Shown here piece by piece: positions 1 to 7,958 of a stretch of 56,319 nt of DNA. Source of the DNA: Actinomycetota bacterium (GTDB taxonomy: Bacteria > Actinomycetota > Acidimicrobiia > Acidimicrobiales > Ilumatobacteraceae); contig RFST01000001.1 in NCBI GenBank assembly GCA_009923855.1, positions 1 through 56,319 on the forward strand. The letters are read 5' to 3'. The notes under the pieces are model-generated. The model was given only the letters and a program-made list of their open reading frames with translations. It was not told where the DNA came from and did not search any database. Each line of letters starts with the position of its first letter. The first letter of the stretch is position 1. The translations under genes and the position numbers were made by a program.

Positions 1-526
1 CGATGGCCGCGGCCATCGACCTGACAAATCCGACGACGGCATGTTTTGTGAGTCCATAGATCGGGTCCGGCGCGATCGGCGCGAGGCCGGCGACCGAGGC
101 GGTGACGAGTACATCGCCGGTGCCGGTTGCGACCATATGGCGAAGTACTTCCCGCGCGCCGTACACCACACCGTCGACGTTCACCGACATGATGCGCCGG
201 TAGCGCTCATCGTCGAGTTCGAGCACCGGCAATGCCCCGTCGGGCTTGAGTTGGTTCGTCGCCACCCCGGCATTCAAGACAGCCAGATCGAATGGGCCAT
301 GGTGTTCGACAAGTGCACGCCATGCGGCGGGGTCGCCGACGTCCATCATCGCGACGGTGCCGCCGATCTCGCCGGCCACACTCGCTGCGGAGGCCGCGTC
401 GATGTCAGCGATGACGCATGTCGCGCCGGCGGCCGCCAGGATGCGCGCGGTGGCGGCACCGATGCCGCTGCCGCCCCCGGTGATCAGCGCTCGCCGACCG
501 GTGAGGTTGACCGTGGGTGTGCTCAT
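1..526 (-). CDS. Short-chain dehydrogenase/reductase (SDR), 3' end cut by window edge
   Basis: My own minus-strand translation from the ATG at 526 gives MSTPTVNLTGRRALITGGGSGIGAATARILAAAGATCVIADID..., which contains the classical TGxxxGxG Rossmann motif. Its ATG overlaps the PPK2 stop (ATGA at 523-526). It is absent from the ORF track because it runs off the window. Confidence 0.8.
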   Translation of the reverse strand, partial: MSTPTVNLTGRRALITGGGSGIGAATARILAAAGATCVIADIDAASAASVAGEIGGTVAMMDVGDPAAWRALVEHHGPFDLAVLNAGVATNQLKPDGALPVLELDDERYRRIMSVNVDGVVYGAREVLRHMVATGTGDVLVTASVAGLAPIAPDPIYGLTKHAVVGFVRSMAAAI

Positions 527-1293
527 GCGAAACCGTCCTCTCCCCAGTCGGGATGTTCGAATTCCTCGATACCGCGCTCCATTTCCGCGAGGACGGTTTC
601 GATGACGTGGACCCGTGCCCAACGCTTTTGCTCTCCCGACACGATATGCCATGGTGCGAGGGGATGGTCGGTGTGAGCGAACATGTCCTCGATCGCATCG
701 GTGTACCGGTCAGCTTTGTCGCGATTACGCCAGTCTTCTTCGGTCAGTTTCCATCGGCGTAATGGGTCACGCTGCCGGCGTTCGAACCGGCGCAACTGTT
801 CATCGGGGCTGATGTGGAGCCAGAACTTCACGATGATGATGCCTTCGAGGACGAGGTTCCGCTCGAACTGCACGATCTCGTCATAGGCGCGACGCCATTG
901 AGCGGTCGAGGCGTAGCCCTCGACGCGTTCCACCAGTACTCGGCCATACCAACTGCGATCGAAGAGCGCGAAACCTCCGAGGCCGGGAACTTCGCGCCAG
1001 AATCGCCAGAGGAAATGTCGGCGTTTTTCCTCATAACTGGGTTTGGCGAATGTGGCCACTCGATAGTGACGCGGGTCGAGCGGTTCAACGATTCGTTTGA
1101 TTGCGCCGCCCTTGCCGCCAGCGTCAGCTCCCTCCAACACGACGAGGACGCCTGGTCCGGGCTCGGGGTTGTTGAGATGGCCGCCGGTGTGCAGACGCAT
1201 CTCCAGCAATCGGCGCTGTGCCGCCTGGAGCCGCTGTTCGTACTCGTCGCGTGACAGCCGTGCCGTCATGTCGAGATCGTCGAGGCGGCCCAT
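523..1293 (-). CDS. ppk2: Polyphosphate kinase 2 (PPK2) family protein
   Basis: 256-aa ORF with the P-loop-like LEGADAGGKGG and the FDRSWYGRVLVERV and RWKLTEEDWRNR blocks typical of single-domain PPK2. Confidence 0.85.
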   Translation of the reverse strand: MGRLDDLDMTARLSRDEYEQRLQAAQRRLLEMRLHTGGHLNNPEPGPGVLVVLEGADAGGKGGAIKRIVEPLDPRHYRVATFAKPSYEEKRRHFLWRFWREVPGLGGFALFDRSWYGRVLVERVEGYASTAQWRRAYDEIVQFERNLVLEGIIIVKFWLHISPDEQLRRFERRQRDPLRRWKLTEEDWRNRDKADRYTDAIEDMFAHTDHPLAPWHIVSGEQKRWARVHVIETVLAEMERGIEEFEHPDWGEDGFA

Positions 1294-2528
1294 CAGCTGT
1301 GAGAGCCGACGCCGATAAGGGCCTGATGCAGCGTGTCGACCAATCGGTCGATCTGCTCATCGGTGATGACCAGCGGCGGGCAGAACGTGCAGGAGTGACC
1401 GGCGATTGCTCGGGTGATGGTGCCGTTGGCCAGCATGTGATCCCGCACGGCTGCAGCGTCGGTCCCGGGGTGAAGGCCAGCTGCCCATACGGCACCGTCA
1501 CCACGCACCTCGGCGAGGAGGCCATCATCTGCGATGGAGAGCAGCCCTGACGAGAGCCGTTCGCCGATGTGTATCGCGCGCTCAAGGAGTCCTTCGCGCT
1601 CAATGATGTCGAGGTTCACATCGGCAGCCGCGCACACTGCGGCATGGCCCGAGTAGGTGTAGCCGGTGGTCAGCACGTAGTCACTGTCCGCTTCGAGAGG
1701 TGCGCGAACCGCGGCCGCAACGATGACCCCGCCAAGTGGCTGGTATCCGCTGGTGACCGCTTTGGCAAACGTTGTGAGATCGGGCACCACTCCGTATCGG
1801 TCCGCGGCGAACCACGAGCCGAGCCGCCCGAAGCCGGTGATCACCTCGTCGAAAATCAGCCAGGCGCCGTGCTGATCGCAGAGGCGGCGTAGACCCTGTA
1901 AGTACCCCTCTGGTGCCGGCCACACTCCTCCCGCACCCTGAACTGGTTCGGTGATGATCGCGGCGACGGTATGGCCGTGCTCGGCCATGAACGAGGCCAT
2001 TGCTTCGAGGTCGTCGCTCGGCATCTGGACGACATCGGGAAGCAGCTCTCCCCAGCCGACTTTGTTCGCCGGAAGTCCTTGGGCGCTGGTTCCACCGTAG
2101 TTGGTGCCGTGGTAGCCGCGTTCTCGACTCACGATCACGCGACGCTCTGGTGAGCCGGCGCGGACGTGGGCCACGCGGGCGAGCTTCATTGCCGTATCGA
2201 TCGCTTCGGAGCCCGAGCCGCACAGAAAGATTCTGGGGTCCTCGACGGGGGAGAGGTCGGCGATACGGGTCGTGATTCGTTCCGCCATCGGGTTGGTAAA
2301 CGGATCGAAGCAGGAGTAGGTCTCGAGAGTTGAGATCTGGCGTGCCACTGCCTCGCCGATCTCGCTGCGACCATGGCCGACATTGCAGTACCACAGGCTG
2401 GCCATCCCGTCGATGTAGCTGTGTCCGTCGGTATCCCACAGCACGGCACCATCGCCGCGTTCGAGTTGGATGAACGACTCGCGACTCGGCTTGGCAAACG
2501 GATGCAAAAAGCGCGTCACGAGCGTCAC
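1293..2528 (-). CDS. Class-III (omega-type) PLP-dependent aminotransferase
   Basis: Motifs: GSGSEAIDTAMKLAR, FDEVITGFGRLG, and TFAKAVTSGYQPLG (PLP-lysine region). The track ORF runs to 2723, but its first 65 codons are R/H/P-rich and would cross the divergent Nudix gene, so I chose the GTG at 2528 (2519 is an alternative). The stop shares one nucleotide with the PPK2 ATG (TGATG). Confidence 0.85.
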   Translation of the reverse strand: MTLVTRFLHPFAKPSRESFIQLERGDGAVLWDTDGHSYIDGMASLWYCNVGHGRSEIGEAVARQISTLETYSCFDPFTNPMAERITTRIADLSPVEDPRIFLCGSGSEAIDTAMKLARVAHVRAGSPERRVIVSRERGYHGTNYGGTSAQGLPANKVGWGELLPDVVQMPSDDLEAMASFMAEHGHTVAAIITEPVQGAGGVWPAPEGYLQGLRRLCDQHGAWLIFDEVITGFGRLGSWFAADRYGVVPDLTTFAKAVTSGYQPLGGVIVAAAVRAPLEADSDYVLTTGYTYSGHAAVCAAADVNLDIIEREGLLERAIHIGERLSSGLLSIADDGLLAEVRGDGAVWAAGLHPGTDAAAVRDHMLANGTITRAIAGHSCTFCPPLVITDEQIDRLVDTLHQALIGVGSHS

Positions 2529-2579
2529 CGTAGTCGTCTGATCAGCGTGGGAACGGCGTCGGTGTGGTGAGATGGGCGG

Positions 2580-3059
2580 GTGCGTGGCAGTGGTGACGGT
2601 TTCCTTCAATGTTCGGACGGCAGGGTGCGCTGGGGCATGTTTGGCGCTGCGGGTGTGGTCTTCGTGACTCAAGAGCCTGAGGGGATTCGCGTGATGGTGC
2701 AGCGCCGGTCGGCATTTGCCCATGAGGGTGGTACGTGGTCATGCGCTGGCGGTGCGCTCGATAGCGGAGAGTCGGCACTCGTGGGCGCATTGCGTGAGGC
2801 GTCTGAGGAGATCGGGGCGATCCCGGACGGGTGGCGTGAATGCGGTCATGTTGTGTTCGCTCCCGCATCGAACTGGTCGTATACGACGTTCGTTGTTGAG
2901 GTCCCCGAACGCTTTGGGGCGTCGATGAATTTCGAGACCGACGATGTCGCATGGGTGACGCCTGCGGCTATCGATGGCCTCGACCTGCATGCCGGGTTCG
3001 CGGCGGCATGGCCCGATCTGCGCTCGATCATCGAATCTGAGTTCCCCTCGACCGACTAG
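2580..3059 (+). CDS. Nudix hydrolase
   Basis: Canonical Nudix box GX5EX7REUXEEXGU is present: GALDSGESALVGALREASEEIGA. The start is either GTG 2580 or ATG 2637. Confidence 0.85.
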   Translation: MRGSGDGFLQCSDGRVRWGMFGAAGVVFVTQEPEGIRVMVQRRSAFAHEGGTWSCAGGALDSGESALVGALREASEEIGAIPDGWRECGHVVFAPASNWSYTTFVVEVPERFGASMNFETDDVAWVTPAAIDGLDLHAGFAAAWPDLRSIIESEFPSTD

Positions 3060-3177
3060 GTCGTCTACGTCTCGCCGTGGAGTCTTAAAGTTCATCTTCA
3101 CGAGGGAACAAACACGCTGTTCACGTGGTTGTCATTCCCGATGGAAGAAATTCCGTCATGTCGAAAGGACAACATTC

Positions 3178-3891
3178 ATGAACAACGTCACTCTGACGGG
3201 GGACAACTACACCCTCGTCTACAACGCATTGTCATTCGGCACCGCCGTCATGCTCGGTGCCTTCGTTTACTTCCTCACCCAGATCAAGAGTGTGTCGAAG
3301 CAGTTCCAATCTGGCGTCGCGGTCTCGGCGATCGTCGTTGGTATCGCGGGCTATCACTACTACCGCATCTGGCAGGGCTTCTCTGAAGGGGTCATGAACG
3401 AGGGATACCGCTATGCCGACTGGCTGATCACGGTGCCCCTGTTGGTGATTGAACTGTTGATTGTGCTCGGTGTTGCCGGTGCGGAACGCAAGGCGCTCAT
3501 GTGGCGTCTGGTTCCAGCGACGGTGGCAATGATCGCCCTCGGCTACCCAGGCGAGGTATCGGCCGATAACGGCACCAAGTGGCTGTTCTGGGTGCTGGCG
3601 ATGATTCCGTTCGCCTACATCTTGTTCGTGCTGTACGGGCAGCTCCAAGCAGCTGGCCAGCGCGAATCGGGTGCTGTGGCCGGGGCGATCAAGTCGGCGA
3701 CCTACGTGCTGCTGATCACCTGGATGGTGTATCCCATCGCCTACCTGTTCCCTGTGTTCGATGCCGACAGCGAGGGTCTCGAGACACTCCGCCAAGTCGG
3801 CTACACCGTGGCGGACATCACCGCCAAGGCGCTGTACGGCCTGATGATCCTCGGGATCGCCAAGGCTCGTACCGCGCAATCGGAGAGCTGA
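3178..3891 (+). CDS. Microbial (type-1) rhodopsin, xanthorhodopsin/actinorhodopsin-like DTE outward proton pump
   Basis: 237 aa, 7-TM. Motifs: AGYHYYR (His), RYADWLITVPLLVIELL (Asp/Thr/Glu = DTE), LGYPGEVS, WMVYPIAY, and YTVADITAKALYG (Asp plus Schiff-base Lys). ATG at 3178 is preceded by GAAAGGA. The longer track ORF from 2974 has an R/S-rich, non-protein-like N-terminus. Confidence 0.93.
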   Translation: MNNVTLTGDNYTLVYNALSFGTAVMLGAFVYFLTQIKSVSKQFQSGVAVSAIVVGIAGYHYYRIWQGFSEGVMNEGYRYADWLITVPLLVIELLIVLGVAGAERKALMWRLVPATVAMIALGYPGEVSADNGTKWLFWVLAMIPFAYILFVLYGQLQAAGQRESGAVAGAIKSATYVLLITWMVYPIAYLFPVFDADSEGLETLRQVGYTVADITAKALYGLMILGIAKARTAQSES

Positions 3892-3897
3892 ACGCGC

Positions 3898-3931
3898 AGT
3901 GGTGGTCCCGGCCCATGCCGGGACCACCACT
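3898..3931 (+). terminator. Perfect 14-15 bp GC-rich hairpin, likely an intrinsic terminator of the rhodopsin transcript
   Basis: GTGGTGGTCCCGGC-ccat-GCCGGGACCACCAC lies 7 nt after the rhodopsin TGA. There is no U-tract, which is common in high-GC actinobacteria. Confidence 0.6.
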
Positions 3932-3952
3932 CACCGCGCTACCGTTCGTTCC

Positions 3953-4897
3953 GTGACCCCAGCCGCCCCGCCAACCTTGGCTGTCATCGGTGACTTCGCG
4001 TGGGATGTCCTGATCCGTACCAATACCGAACTTCTTCGCGGTGGCGACACGTTCGGAGAGGTCATGCTCCTACCCGGCGGTTCGGCCGCCAATGTGGCCG
4101 TATGGGCCACCCGCTGCGGCACCGACACTGCGTTCGTCGGAAAGGTTGGCCGCGACCGTATGGGCCTGCTTGCGCGCCAAGACCTGGACCGTGAAGGAGT
4201 GCGGCATCATCTTGTCGAGTCTGATGCGCATTTGACCGGGTCGGTCGCGGTTTTCGTCGATCACACCGGCCAACGTTCGATGGTGTCGGGTCACGGTGCC
4301 GACTTCTACCTCCTTCCGAGCGAGTTACCGCTCGATCTGATCACTGCGGCCGATCATCTCCATATGACGGCGTGGTCGTTCTTCGCGGATCCGCCCCGCA
4401 CCGCCGTACGGGCTGCGGCGCGAGCTGCTGCGGCTGCGGGGCTGACGATCAGCCTCGATCCGGGATCATTCCAAATGATCGATGAGATGGGCGTGGATAC
4501 CTTCGTGGCGCACACCTGCGATCTCGGCGTCGGGCTCTTCCTGCCGAACAAAGAGGAGGCCACGACTCTGTCTGGCTGCGCCGATGCTGAACACGCCGCT
4601 GCCGCACTCGATGCGTTGTATCCGGAGGCGTTGATCGTTGTGAAGCTCGATGCGGATGGGGCACTCGTCTGGCGTGACGGTGTGGGTCATCACGTGCCGC
4701 CGTCCTCGAACAAGCTCGTGGATGCGACTGGCGCTGGCGACTCCTTCGCCGGAGCCTTTCTCTCGCGTTGGATTCACGGGACCGATCCCGTGGTGGCGGC
4801 CGAATACGCGGTGGCGGTCGCGGAGTGGGTGATCGAGCACCCGGGTGCGCGCCCGAGCGGTGATGCAGCGTTGTCGGCGGTGCTCGCGCGTCGGTGA
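3953..4897 (+). CDS. PfkB-family carbohydrate/nucleoside kinase (ribokinase-like)
   Basis: Motifs: LAVIGDFAWDV, LLPGGSAANVAVW, and the DATGAGDSFAGAF PfkB signature. I chose the GTG at 3953 because the track start at 3899 lies inside the terminator hairpin. Confidence 0.8.
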   Translation: MTPAAPPTLAVIGDFAWDVLIRTNTELLRGGDTFGEVMLLPGGSAANVAVWATRCGTDTAFVGKVGRDRMGLLARQDLDREGVRHHLVESDAHLTGSVAVFVDHTGQRSMVSGHGADFYLLPSELPLDLITAADHLHMTAWSFFADPPRTAVRAAARAAAAAGLTISLDPGSFQMIDEMGVDTFVAHTCDLGVGLFLPNKEEATTLSGCADAEHAAAALDALYPEALIVVKLDADGALVWRDGVGHHVPPSSNKLVDATGAGDSFAGAFLSRWIHGTDPVVAAEYAVAVAEWVIEHPGARPSGDAALSAVLARR

Positions 4898-4919
4898 CTG
4901 CTGCAGCGCGCGGGGTGGC

Positions 4920-5531
4920 TCAGGTGCCGATGCCGTTCTCGGCCAAATCGATCAGCGCAGCGATGAGCGCATCGCTCGTCATGTCGGATTCCGCTGACCA
5001 CAGCACCGCCATGTTCAGCATGCCGACGATGGCATGCGCCCACGCGGTGGCCACTTGAGCATCGTCGACGCGGCCGGACTCGAGGAGTAATCGGACGAGG
5101 GGTTGTGCGGAACGACTGGCGAGTCCAAGCCGGTGCGATGCGTCGGGGGTGTGTGAATGAGTGACGTACAAGAAGAGCTCGCGCTCATTCTGCAGCGCGC
5201 CAACTGTTGCTGTGATGACGGCGCGCACCCATCCCGTGGTTGCGAGGTCGTGTGGCGTGACATGTGCGATCAGCCGAGCGACCAAGCGATCGGCGAGTTG
5301 ATCAGCGAGTTCGGTGCGGCCACCGACACGGTCGTACAACACAGGTTTCGTCACACCCGCCGCAGCGGCGATTTCATCGAGTGTGGCCGAGTGCCCCACG
5401 CGGCCGATCACGGCCTCGGCGGCATCGAGCATGGCCTCCCGGTCAGGGAGGTCGGTGCCCCGGGGTGGTCGCCCGGGACGTCGACGGCCGGGGTGACTCG
5501 CCTCAGGCGCCGTGGCCGGCGTTGATGGCAT
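4920..5531 (-). CDS. TetR/AcrR-family transcriptional regulator
   Basis: N-terminal HTH: REAMLDAAEAVIGRVGHSATLDEIAAAAGVTKPVLYDRVGGRTEL. Its 5' end overlaps the upstream PPOX gene by 29 nt. Confidence 0.85.
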   Translation of the reverse strand: MPSTPATAPEASHPGRRRPGRPPRGTDLPDREAMLDAAEAVIGRVGHSATLDEIAAAAGVTKPVLYDRVGGRTELADQLADRLVARLIAHVTPHDLATTGWVRAVITATVGALQNERELFLYVTHSHTPDASHRLGLASRSAQPLVRLLLESGRVDDAQVATAWAHAIVGMLNMAVLWSAESDMTSDALIAALIDLAENGIGT

Positions 5532-6015
5532 CGTTCGTGAAACTCGAGAATTTCGCCGTGTCGAACCCCACGACCAAATTGGCTTCGGTTTCGATGATCA
5601 CTCGGTGCGGGGAGTCGAGAAACTTGAGGAAGCTCTGGCGATAGGGGTCATCGGGATGCTCATCCACTCGCGACAACGAGCGGTAGAACCAGGACTTCAG
5701 GTCGGCAAAGTCGTCATCGTCGGGTGTGTGGATGATCGAGTCACCACGAAACGACGCCGTGCGGCCGCCTCGGTTCACGACAACGCCCGACTGTGGGCGT
5801 GCCCGCAGCGCAGGTACCCGCTTACGACGAGCCGCGCAGGTGGTCCAGAACTTGTTATCGCGCCAGACGTAGGCAACGACGACGCCGACGGGGTAGCCAT
5901 CGCGGTTCGTCCAGTTGAACACGCACTCTCCGCCAGGTGAGAGCAGATCGTCGAGTTCGGCCGGGCTGAGTTGCATGCCGGCGAGGTCTTCATAGTCGAT
6001 GTTTTTATCGCTCAT
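5503..6015 (-). CDS. Pyridoxamine 5'-phosphate oxidase (PPOX)-family, probably F420/FMN-binding split-barrel protein
   Basis: 170 aa. The sequence ...ECVFNWTNRDGYPVGVVVAYVWRDNKFWTTCAARRKRVPALRARPQSGVVV... is the typical PPOX-class pattern. Confidence 0.7.
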   Translation of the reverse strand: MSDKNIDYEDLAGMQLSPAELDDLLSPGGECVFNWTNRDGYPVGVVVAYVWRDNKFWTTCAARRKRVPALRARPQSGVVVNRGGRTASFRGDSIIHTPDDDDFADLKSWFYRSLSRVDEHPDDPYRQSFLKFLDSPHRVIIETEANLVVGFDTAKFSSFTNDAINAGHGA

Positions 6016-6094
6016 AGCAACAACTTACTTCAAGTAGATATTTGCCTGTGAGTCGAACTACGGTGCGGACGAATTAGGGACGAGGGGGAACGGT

Positions 6095-6967
6095 ATGAAG
6101 TTCGGATTGGCGTTTGCCAGCAGCGTGGCAATTGACGGAACGTCGGCACTCGACATATGCCGCGTGGCGGAGGCGTCGGGCTTCGAGTCGCTGTGGGGTG
6201 GCGAGCATGTGATCTTGCCGTCGACGATTGACTCCAAGTACCCGTACCGCGCTGACGGAAAGATTCCGGCGGAGAACGACACACCGATCCCTGACCCGCT
6301 GATCTGGTTGGCCTTCGCCGCTGCCGCCGCGCCAACGCTGCGCCTCGGCACATGCATCCTCATCGTGCCGCAGCGCAACCCACTGGTGCTGGCAAAAGAA
6401 TTGGCCACCCTTGACGTGCTCTCCGGGGGACGCGTTGAACTGGGACTCGGTGTGGGCTGGTTGCGCGAAGAGTTCGAGGCCCTCGGCGTGCCGTGGGAGC
6501 GACGCGGGGCCCGCAACGATGAATATGTCGCGGCCATGCGGGCGTTGTGGTCTGGGCCCGAAGTGGAGTTTCACGGGGAGTTCGTTGATTTCGCCCCGGT
6601 GACATGCAGCCCGCGCCCAGTGAACGGCACCATTCCGGTCATCGTGGGTGGTGATACCGATGTGGCGATTCGCCGCGCTGCTCGCCTGGCCGATGGGTAC
6701 TTTCCGGGTGAGGGCGATGCCGAGCGATTGGGCGCCCTCATCGAACGGGTGCGGCGTGCGTGTGAGGAGCACGGTCGAGACCCCGCCGAGGTGGAGATCA
6801 GCGCCATGTTTGGTGCGCATCTCTCCGATCCTCTTGGCGGAGTTGAACGCCTCGCATCGATCGGGGTGGATCGCGTCATGGTGCCGGCTTTTGCATTTGC
6901 CGGTCCCGGCGGGACCGAGCGCCTCGAGCGTTTCGGTGCCGATGTGATCACGATGGTCAACGCCTAG
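6095..6967 (+). CDS. LLM-class (luciferase-like) F420-dependent oxidoreductase
   Basis: MKFGLAF...GFESLWGGEHVILP...RLGTCILIVPQRNPLVLAKELATLDVLSGGRVELGLGVGW is the typical LLM TIM-barrel pattern. GGGGGAACGG lies upstream of the ATG. Confidence 0.85.
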   Translation: MKFGLAFASSVAIDGTSALDICRVAEASGFESLWGGEHVILPSTIDSKYPYRADGKIPAENDTPIPDPLIWLAFAAAAAPTLRLGTCILIVPQRNPLVLAKELATLDVLSGGRVELGLGVGWLREEFEALGVPWERRGARNDEYVAAMRALWSGPEVEFHGEFVDFAPVTCSPRPVNGTIPVIVGGDTDVAIRRAARLADGYFPGEGDAERLGALIERVRRACEEHGRDPAEVEISAMFGAHLSDPLGGVERLASIGVDRVMVPAFAFAGPGGTERLERFGADVITMVNA

Positions 6968-7020
6968 CCCCGGCGCATCGACATCCCGTCGCACAACTCA
7001 ACAACATGAAGGAGAACAGA

Positions 7021-7770
7021 ATGAGCGAATTCGAGCTCGACGGCCGTGTTGCTGTGGTCACCGGTGGTGGTCAGGGCATTGGCGAGGGCATCGCAAAGGT
7101 CTACGCCCAACGCGGGGCAGCCGTTGTTGTGGCCGCGCGACACGCCGACCGCATCCAGCGGGTGGCTGATGAGATCACGGCTGCCGGGGGGCGCGCCATT
7201 GCGGTGCAGACCGACGTCACTGATCGCGCAGCTCTTGAAGCGCTCGCGGATGCCGCTGTCGACACCTATGGGTCGCTCGACATATGGGTGAACAACGCGG
7301 GTGGATCCTCGGTGCGGACTCCGCTCCGCAACCTCGATACCACCGACTGGGATACATGTATTGCGGTGAACCTCACAGCGGTGTGGGTGGCATCTGTGAT
7401 CGCAGCAGATCGAATGAATGGCAGCGGCATCATCATCAACGTCACGTCGCCCGCCGCCGAGCGAGCTGCCCCAGGGAGTGGTCATTACTCGGCAGCCAAA
7501 GCCGGTGTGAATGCACTGACGCGCACAATGTCGGTGGAACTTGCGCCGGATATCAGGGTCAACGGCATTGCGCCGGGTTATGTACCGACCGAGGTCATGA
7601 TGACGGCGCTCGATATGGATGTGCCCGCGTTGGAACGCATGGCCGAGTCCCGCATTCCGATGAAGCGCTTGGGCACGCCTGATGATATTGCGGCTGCGGC
7701 GGTGTACCTGGCCAGTGACGCCGGATCCTGGGTGACCGGCCAAACGCTCACGGTGTCGGGCGGTCTCTAA
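7021..7770 (+). CDS. SDR-family oxidoreductase (FabG-like)
   Basis: VAVVTGGGQGIGEGIA Rossmann motif and HYSAAKAG catalytic YxxxK. AAGGAG lies 6 nt upstream of the ATG at 7021; the track start 7006 sits inside that RBS. Confidence 0.88.
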   Translation: MSEFELDGRVAVVTGGGQGIGEGIAKVYAQRGAAVVVAARHADRIQRVADEITAAGGRAIAVQTDVTDRAALEALADAAVDTYGSLDIWVNNAGGSSVRTPLRNLDTTDWDTCIAVNLTAVWVASVIAADRMNGSGIIINVTSPAAERAAPGSGHYSAAKAGVNALTRTMSVELAPDIRVNGIAPGYVPTEVMMTALDMDVPALERMAESRIPMKRLGTPDDIAAAAVYLASDAGSWVTGQTLTVSGGL

Positions 7771-7777
7771 TAGCGAA

Positions 7778-7806
7778 ACGGGCCACCGGATGATCCGGTG
7801 GCCCGT
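7778..7806. terminator. Bidirectional hairpin between the convergent SDR gene and tRNA-Gly
   Basis: ACGGGCCACCGGAT-g-ATCCGGTGGCCCGT, a near-perfect 29-nt palindrome (effective stem about 12 bp). Confidence 0.55.
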
Positions 7807-7880
7807 GGAGCGGGTGAGGGGAATCGAACCCCTATCGTCAGGATGGAAGCCTGAAGTTCTAGCCGTTGAACTACACCCGC
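7806..7880 (-). tRNA. tRNA-Gly (anticodon UCC), CCA encoded
   Basis: Hand-folded: GCGGGTG-TA-GTTC-AACGGCTA-GAAC-T-TCAGG-CTTCCAT-CCTGA-CGAT-AGGGG-TTCGATT-CCCCT-CACCCGC-T-CCA. Confidence 0.92.
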
Positions 7881-7958
7881 AGAACGGCTCAATCTTACTG
7901 CGCGATTGCCCCGGCTCCATCTGGCATCGTGCGGTGCGTTGCGAACTACGGTGCCCTT

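Noticed and set aside
2580-3059. Nudix gene next to the rhodopsin as a possible type-1 IPP isomerase (idi), which is often linked to rhodopsin/carotenoid clusters
   Set aside because: The protein has a fully canonical Nudix hydrolase box (GX5EX7REUXEEXGU) and lacks the Idi Cys/Glu active-site motifs as I remember them (TNSxCxHP, ENE). I therefore treat it as an ordinary Nudix pyrophosphohydrolase.
6074-7920. Two long minus-strand ORFs (6074-6994, 6964-7920) antisense to the LLM oxidoreductase and SDR genes
   Set aside because: These are Arg/His/Gly/Pro-rich shadow ORFs. The plus-strand genes have clear family motifs and ribosome-binding sites.
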